From the IMG/VR virus record IMGVR_UViG_3300020041_000013, positions 1 to 5,961 of that record: a stretch of 5,961 nucleotides of DNA; one strand, 5' to 3'. Source of the stretch: a virus. Shown in pieces: positions 1-4,006 of this stretch; the stretch's first letter is position 1, and every line of letters begins with the position of its first letter. Position numbers and translations under genes: made by a program. The notes beneath the pieces were generated by a model that saw only the letters and a list, made by a program, of their open reading frames with translations, had not been told where the DNA came from and searched no databases.

Positions 1-121
1 AGGATGTTCCCGCGTATATTTCGCGTGGTCAGCGCATTCTTTCGGTTCTCGATGGATCTGGTTCCGTCGACGTTCTCCCTGGTCGTCCGGATGTTGAGGC
101 CTCTTCGTCCGACTTCGATAA
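1..121. repeat. Terminal redundancy: exact 121-nt direct repeat of 5841..5961, the assembly overlap of a circular 5840-nt genome
   Basis: Bases 1-121 match 5841-5961 base for base. An ORF starting at 5819 continues in frame through the junction to a stop at 273-275. Confidence 0.95.
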
Positions 122-275
122 AGGTGAAAAGTTCAACCCCGATATCGACTTTGACCCAAACTCCTATTCTCGTATGGATAAGTTCGATGGTCTTGAAGTT
201 GGCCAGGAACTCATTGATTCAGAGTTGGATAGATCGAAGTCTGCTTCTAAGTCTGCTGGTTCTGAAGAAAAATAG
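3..275 (+). CDS. 3' portion of a junction-spanning gene (full gene 5819..5840 joined to 1..275 in circular coordinates). It encodes a 98-aa acidic protein, possibly an internal scaffolding (VP3-like) protein.
   Basis: Frame 3 is open from the window edge to TAG at 273-275. It translates as ...DVPAYISRGQRILSVLDGSGSVDVLPGRPDVEASSSDFDKGEKFNPDIDFDPNSYSRMDKFDGLEVGQELIDSELDRSKSASKSAGSEEK*. Third codon positions are T-rich like the hallmark genes. By my count it has about 22 D/E against 11 K/R. It sits directly after the capsid gene. The scaffold assignment rests on position and composition only. Confidence 0.7.
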   Translation, partial: DVPAYISRGQRILSVLDGSGSVDVLPGRPDVEASSSDFDKGEKFNPDIDFDPNSYSRMDKFDGLEVGQELIDSELDRSKSASKSAGSEEK

Positions 276-305
276 CACCTTCTTTACTTGACGATATATG
301 CTACG

Positions 306-383
306 TGCGCGGACCCCTCTGGCAAGAGTGTGTGAATTGGTAGAGGTTATTGGTAACGACTGCTGGAGAGTCCGCGCATTTTT
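306..383 (+). terminator. Long-range GC-rich inverted repeat followed by a T5 run; candidate terminator or ssDNA structural element
   Basis: TGCGCGGAC (306-314) is the exact reverse complement of GTCCGCGCA (370-378). TTTTT follows immediately at 379-383. Internal pairing options exist, for example CCTCT 316-320 with AGAGG 342-346. It lies in the 134-nt noncoding gap between the stop at 275 and the ATG at 410. Confidence 0.3.
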
Positions 384-409
384 CTATCGTTCTTTAATTC
401 TTTAAAGTT

Positions 410-601
410 ATGTCAGACATTAAGACTCCCTTTTATAAGTCGAAAGCTTTTTGGACGCTCATCTCTTCCATTATTGCTGCTCTTGCGACTTTTTTCCTTG
501 CTTCGTGTTCAGCGCAGGCCAAGGTCGCTCGTTCTGGTGTTCACATTGATACTGTTCGGGTAGATTATATTATTCGTTCAAATAATTTTTCAATGCCCTA
601 G
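410..601 (+). CDS. Small predicted lipoprotein (63 aa precursor, about 31 aa mature); function unknown
   Basis: ATG start and T-rich third codon positions. The N-terminus looks like a type II signal peptide: basic n-region (K5, K10, K12), hydrophobic core AFWTLISSIIAALATFF, and lipobox L-A-S-C with Cys33 (TGT 506-508). The stop TAG (599-601) lies 1 nt before the VP2 ATG (603). Confidence 0.65.
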   Translation: MSDIKTPFYKSKAFWTLISSIIAALATFFLASCSAQAKVARSGVHIDTVRVDYIIRSNNFSMP

Positions 602-602
602 T

Positions 603-1856
603 ATGCAACTCATTGATTTTAAAAGCTACGTTGAACCTGTTTCTACTGGCGCTATTATTGGCGCTGCCGGCCTTTCCGCTGGTGGCCAGGTAGCCTCGGG
701 TCTTTTTAAGCCTTCTCTTAAAAGGCAATGGAAGTATCAGCAGAAACAGATGAAACTTCAACAGCAGTATGCTTTGGAACAGATGCAGAAGCAGGGAGAG
801 ATCAATTACGCTAATTGGCAAAAACAATTTGATTACGAGAATGCGTACAACGACCCATCAAAAGTTTTTGATCGCTATCTTAAAGCTGGCGTTACGCCTG
901 CCGCCGTTCTTGGCCACTCTGGTGTTGGCGTCAATGCCACTATGCCTGGTGGTTCCCCCGGCTCTGTAGGCGCTTCCGGCCCTTCTGGTGGATCTTTTGA
1001 CTTCTCCAGTCCTCTGTCTCCTGGCGCTGGCGCTTCTGCTGCTTCTACCGCCCTTGAGGCTATGGGTGTTAATTCGGCTATTGAACGCAATAAGGCTGCT
1101 TCTAATCGAGATAATGCCGAGGCTGATCTTATGCGAGGTAATACCCATAGTGCAGACTGGCGAAAGGACATGGACGATTTGGAGAAAAAGGCCCTCCAGT
1201 ATAATATTAATAACGTGTCTGAGCTCATTCGTCTTAATCGAGCCCTCGCTGATATCCATGCTGCTGATGCTGACTATGCTGACCTTATGGCTACGTATAA
1301 GTTCCAAGACTTTGTCGCTATGTACTCGAAACATGTTGAGGAGGCGAATCAGATCAAGAAGTACAACGATAAGTATTTCGATTCTGTTTATGCTGCTCAG
1401 ATAGCTCGTGATTACGCCGCCGCTTATGAGTCTGCCGCTTCTGGTGACCTTTCCAAGGCCGAGACTGAAGTAGCTAAGGTTCGATTAGCTGATCTTCGTG
1501 AGTGGTTTTACCTTAATTGGGACTCGGAAGTCGACGTCCCCGATGTTAACGAAAAAGGAAAGCCTACCGGCAAGATGATAAAGATGACTGGTCGTCAGAT
1601 CCATGAGAAGCTTATGGGTCTCGCCGCTGCGGAAGGTGAACAAGATCTTTCTGGCCGTTGGTTTCAAAATCGCTCCAGCAAGAATGCTCTTGGCTATGGT
1701 TTGGCAAGAACCGCCCTGCTTGGCGCTATGGCTATTGCTGGCACGGCCGTGACGAAGCGTCCTACCCCTGTCGGTTATGATGAAAGTAGGGAATTTTACG
1801 GTGAAGATGGCGCATATGTTGGAACTACGAGGTCTAGTCGTCGTTATGTAAGGTAA
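603..1856 (+). CDS. Microviridae DNA pilot / minor capsid protein (VP2, protein H-like)
   Basis: 417 aa. It has a Gly/Ala-rich hydrophobic N-terminus (GAIIGAAGLSAGGQVASGLF) and a Q/K-rich helix. ENAYNDPSKVFDRYLKAGVTPAAVLG matches the YN(S/D)P...R...AG(L/V)(N/T)P pattern I recall from microvirus VP2 proteins. A G/S/P/A low-complexity linker covers about nt 912-1052, followed by a long helical A/D/E/K-rich region. A second hydrophobic segment (GYGLARTALLGAMAIAGTAV) lies near the C-terminus. Confidence 0.8.
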   Translation: MQLIDFKSYVEPVSTGAIIGAAGLSAGGQVASGLFKPSLKRQWKYQQKQMKLQQQYALEQMQKQGEINYANWQKQFDYENAYNDPSKVFDRYLKAGVTPAAVLGHSGVGVNATMPGGSPGSVGASGPSGGSFDFSSPLSPGAGASAASTALEAMGVNSAIERNKAASNRDNAEADLMRGNTHSADWRKDMDDLEKKALQYNINNVSELIRLNRALADIHAADADYADLMATYKFQDFVAMYSKHVEEANQIKKYNDKYFDSVYAAQIARDYAAAYESAASGDLSKAETEVAKVRLADLREWFYLNWDSEVDVPDVNEKGKPTGKMIKMTGRQIHEKLMGLAAAEGEQDLSGRWFQNRSSKNALGYGLARTALLGAMAIAGTAVTKRPTPVGYDESREFYGEDGAYVGTTRSSRRYVR

Positions 1857-1886
1857 AATTGAATAACTTTTGCTACTTTTTGAACT

Positions 1887-1916
1887 TTTGTCGTTCGTCT
1901 TTTTTCCTTATTTTTG
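1887..1916 (+). promoter_or_regulatory. Candidate Bacteroidota-type promoter (-33 TTTG, -7 TAnnTTTG)
   Basis: TTTG lies at 1887-1890 and TATTTTTG (fits TAnnTTTG) at 1909-1916, with an 18-nt spacer. Both sit in the T-rich 86-nt noncoding gap after VP2, 27 nt upstream of the ATG at 1943. This is a motif match by eye only. Confidence 0.3.
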
Positions 1917-1942
1917 CACTGTAAACCAATAATCCTTTTGTT

Positions 1943-2260
1943 ATGAAAAAGCAAACTCCTAAATCTTTGGACAAGTTATCAGTTGACGTTATTGATTACA
2001 TGTTCGTTGAGTGGCTTATTCGCAATTCTCTTTATTCAAAGTTCGTCGCAAACCTCATTCGCTATTACCCCAGTTCTGTAAATCCTCGTTCGATTATTCG
2101 TGATCAAATTCGTAGGATTTCGAGGTTTCCTGTTTTCTTGGCCTCGGATTTGATTTCGAGTAGTTTTCTATTCGATAAGACCCCTGAAGGTTATCTCTTT
2201 TGGGCTCGTGCGAACTCTAAGTGGACCTCTTATCTCGAATCTTTTTTTAAAATCCTCTAA
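1943..2260 (+). CDS. Hypothetical protein, 105 aa (ORFan in the variable VP2-VP4 module)
   Basis: ATG start, TAA stop, and T-rich third codon positions like the hallmark genes. It is on the same strand and spaced tightly, 12 nt before the next ATG. I recognise no motif with confidence. Confidence 0.6.
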   Translation: MKKQTPKSLDKLSVDVIDYMFVEWLIRNSLYSKFVANLIRYYPSSVNPRSIIRDQIRRISRFPVFLASDLISSSFLFDKTPEGYLFWARANSKWTSYLESFFKIL

Positions 2261-2272
2261 TTTGTTTTTATT

Positions 2273-2596
2273 ATGACTCAGATTCATCTTGTTATTCGTC
2301 GCATTAGTCCTGCGCTTAAAGTCGATCTTGTTCAGATTGGTTGCCTTTCTGATGGCCAGTTTAAGGATCTTCCGCTCTCCGACTTCGAACACTCTCCTAT
2401 TCCCTGTTTTGTTCGGACAGGTTCGATTTCCGATAATCCTTTTATTCATCATTCGGATATTTCCGACCTTGTATGCAAATTGTCTTCGTTTCCAGGCTTT
2501 TCAATTGAGTTCTTCGACAATACGATAGTTTTTATGTTTAATTTTAATATTGACTCCAATGAAAGCGCGTCGAAAGAAAAAGGGAAAGGGCACTAA
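2273..2596 (+). CDS. Hypothetical protein, 107 aa (ORFan in the variable VP2-VP4 module)
   Basis: ATG start, TAA stop, and T-rich third codon positions. The C-terminal tail is charged (SNESASKEKGKGH). No motif recognised. Confidence 0.55.
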   Translation: MTQIHLVIRRISPALKVDLVQIGCLSDGQFKDLPLSDFEHSPIPCFVRTGSISDNPFIHHSDISDLVCKLSSFPGFSIEFFDNTIVFMFNFNIDSNESASKEKGKGH

Positions 2597-2642
2597 AATT
2601 GTTACCCGCCCGTTTGGTGGAAGAGTTCTTTAACTATTTGAA

Positions 2643-2701
2643 CCCCAGGGGACAACCGAAGGTTGTGGCCACCGCGAAGCGGTAAAGTACTCCCCTGTGG
2701 G
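2643..2701 (+). other. Structured DNA/RNA element: two tandem GAA-triloop hairpins closed by an outer stem (candidate replication origin or priming element)
   Basis: Hairpin 1 is ACAACC (2652-2657), GAA, GGTTGT (2661-2666). Hairpin 2 is ACCGC (2671-2675), GAA, GCGGT (2679-2683), and contains the GCGAAGC core. The outer stem pairs CCCCAGGGG (2643-2651) with CCCCTG(T)GGG (2692-2701), with one bulged T. It lies in the gap upstream of the rep-coupled ORF. Confidence 0.5.
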
Positions 2702-2732
2702 TTCTTCCTTTGACCCGTATATACTTTATTTT

Positions 2733-2936
2733 ATGGACTATATTGATGCATTTCGACCCCGTTTTTCGCCCGTCGTAGACTCCATTCCGTATCGTTTTTC
2801 TGTTGGAGCTTACCGCGGCAGAAAGCGTGTTACTATCGCATGGTTTCGTTATGAATCCGACGCGATAAATTACCTCGTTCGTTGTCGTCGGGATCGTCCT
2901 TATATTAAGTTTGATTACCTTCAAAGTATACTCTAA
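2733..2936 (+). CDS. Small basic hypothetical protein (67 aa from ATG 2733; 79 aa if GTG 2697 is used), translationally coupled to rep
   Basis: The stop TAA (2934-2936) overlaps the rep ATG (2936-2938) as TAATG. It is rich in Arg (YRGRKRVTIAWFRYESDAINYLVRCRRDRPY). The longest ORF begins at GTG 2697, but that GTG lies inside the outer stem of the structured element and every other gene here uses ATG, so I prefer ATG 2733. Confidence 0.55.
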   Translation: MDYIDAFRPRFSPVVDSIPYRFSVGAYRGRKRVTIAWFRYESDAINYLVRCRRDRPYIKFDYLQSIL

Positions 2937-4003
2937 TGCCTTGTTCTTCTCCCATATGGATTCGCAATCGCCGTTATTTTGACAAAAAAAACCCCTGTCG
3001 TAATGGGTCTGATGTTGCAAAATCCGCTTTGGCCCTTCGACCTTGGGATATCGCGCGTCAGTGGCTTATGGTTCCCTGCGGAAAGTGTGAGGATTGTCTG
3101 CGTCGGCAACGTAATGATTGGTTTGTTCGCCTCGAACGTGAGTTGGCCTACTGTAAGGCGGAAGGTCATCAGGCTATTTTTATTACGATCACTATTTCTC
3201 CTAAACACTATGAAAAAGCACTTATCGATCCAGCTGGCTTTATCCGGCGATGGAATGAGCGCATTCGCCATAAAATCGGCCACTCCTTTAAGCATGCGTT
3301 CTTCCAGGAGTTTGGCACCCATCCAGAAACAGGAACACATCCACGCCTTCACTTTCACGGTTTTCTCTTTGGAGCCGATTCGATGTACAATGACATCCGG
3401 AAGGCTGTTAGTGACCTTGGATTTGTATGGCTTGCAAAAGGCACGCATAAGCGTGCGCGATACGTCGTCAAATATATTACTAAACAGATCGGTTTTGACC
3501 CTGAGCAAATTGCCGATCAAAATATCGTTTTAAATGGAAAACTTACACCTTTGGCTACTGTCCTCCAACATCGCCGTTATACGCGAAAATTCGTATCTGC
3601 TGGCGTTGGTAATTACCTTGGTAATCGCCCTGCTCCTTCTGCTACTTGTTCGTCGTGGGATTATCTGGATATTGCGCGTGGTATTAAGTATTCTTATGCC
3701 ATTCCTCGATACTATGATCGGTATCTACAACAGGACGCAGAGATTACTCGTTCGGTACGCGCTGCTGATGCCTATTCACGCTTTAGCTGTTCTCCTTTGG
3801 TTCGCCATGTTGTTAATTTTTGTGTTGAGAGGTTTCTTTCGTCTTCCTCTCTATCCTATCGGTCCGGTTATTCCTGGGAGATGAAAAAATTTCGCGAGTT
3901 TGCTTCTGCCGGCCCTATTCCCTGTATTGATCCTCCTACCTGGTTGGATTTGGATATTCTCCAATTCTGGCAGGATCATTATAAACTTCAACTAATTACT
4001 TAA
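2936..4003 (+). CDS. Microviridae replication initiation protein (VP4 / protein A-like HUH rolling-circle endonuclease)
   Basis: 355 aa. Motif 1 is FITITI (nt 3179-3196). The HUH motif is PRLHFHGFLFG (HFH at nt 3350-3358). The catalytic Tyr motif is YVVKYITK (nt 3461-3484), with two Tyr spaced as in phiX174 A (YVAKY). An N-terminal Cys cluster CGKCEDC (nt 3077-3097) is followed by RRQRNDWFVRL, as in gokushovirus-type VP4. Confidence 0.92.
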   Translation: MPCSSPIWIRNRRYFDKKNPCRNGSDVAKSALALRPWDIARQWLMVPCGKCEDCLRRQRNDWFVRLERELAYCKAEGHQAIFITITISPKHYEKALIDPAGFIRRWNERIRHKIGHSFKHAFFQEFGTHPETGTHPRLHFHGFLFGADSMYNDIRKAVSDLGFVWLAKGTHKRARYVVKYITKQIGFDPEQIADQNIVLNGKLTPLATVLQHRRYTRKFVSAGVGNYLGNRPAPSATCSSWDYLDIARGIKYSYAIPRYYDRYLQQDAEITRSVRAADAYSRFSCSPLVRHVVNFCVERFLSSSSLSYRSGYSWEMKKFREFASAGPIPCIDPPTWLDLDILQFWQDHYKLQLIT

Positions 4004-4006
4004 TTT

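Noticed and set aside
1-121. The 121-nt direct terminal repeat as a biological DTR of a linear phage genome or as LTR/IS ends
   Set aside because: A gene reads through the junction in frame, and the gene content is that of a circular ssDNA microvirus. The repeat is best explained as assembly overlap of a circle.
4-291. Track ORF of 95 aa (MFPRIFRVVSAFFRF...) at the window start
   Set aside because: It is in the +1 frame of the junction-spanning acidic protein gene (5819..275). Its composition is typical of an off-frame read (F/L/S/V/R-rich). The other frame shares the T-rich third-position bias of the hallmark genes and begins right after VP1.
288-293. TTGACG hexamer as a sigma70-type -35 box after the acidic protein gene
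   Set aside because: No acceptable -10 hexamer lies 16-18 nt downstream (311-316 is GGACCC). The other host signals argue against an enterobacterial-type promoter.
2532-2542. TTATGTTTAAT, one mismatch from the E. coli dif XerD arm (TTATGTTAAAT, from memory); a possible XerCD integration site like those proposed for temperate microviruses
   Set aside because: It is an AT-rich 11-mer inside the coding sequence of the 107-aa ORF. No plausible XerC arm lies 6 nt upstream. The likely host is not enterobacterial, so the E. coli consensus is not the right comparator.
2613-2640. TTTG (2613-2616) and TAACTATTTG (2631-2640) as a second Bacteroidota-type promoter upstream of the rep module
   Set aside because: The downstream element does not fit TAnnTTTG without an indel. 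It is too weak to call from sequence alone, although a promoter somewhere in 2597-2732 is plausible.
2643-2701. Cloverleaf-like fold considered as a tRNA or tRNA-like gene
   Set aside because: It is only about 59 nt with two 3-nt loops. It has no anticodon-type 7-nt loop, no T-loop GTTCRA motif and no acceptor/CCA geometry.
2979-3533. 184-aa +1-frame ORF in the N-terminal half of rep, and the similar +1-frame ORFs 769..969, 2289..2528, 4032..4262 and 5418..5717
   Set aside because: All sit in the +1 frame of a real gene, where T-rich third positions become second positions. That produces hydrophobic, stop-poor reading frames by composition alone. I found no independent support. Only the 3534 and 988 ORFs are kept, as low-interest hypotheses.
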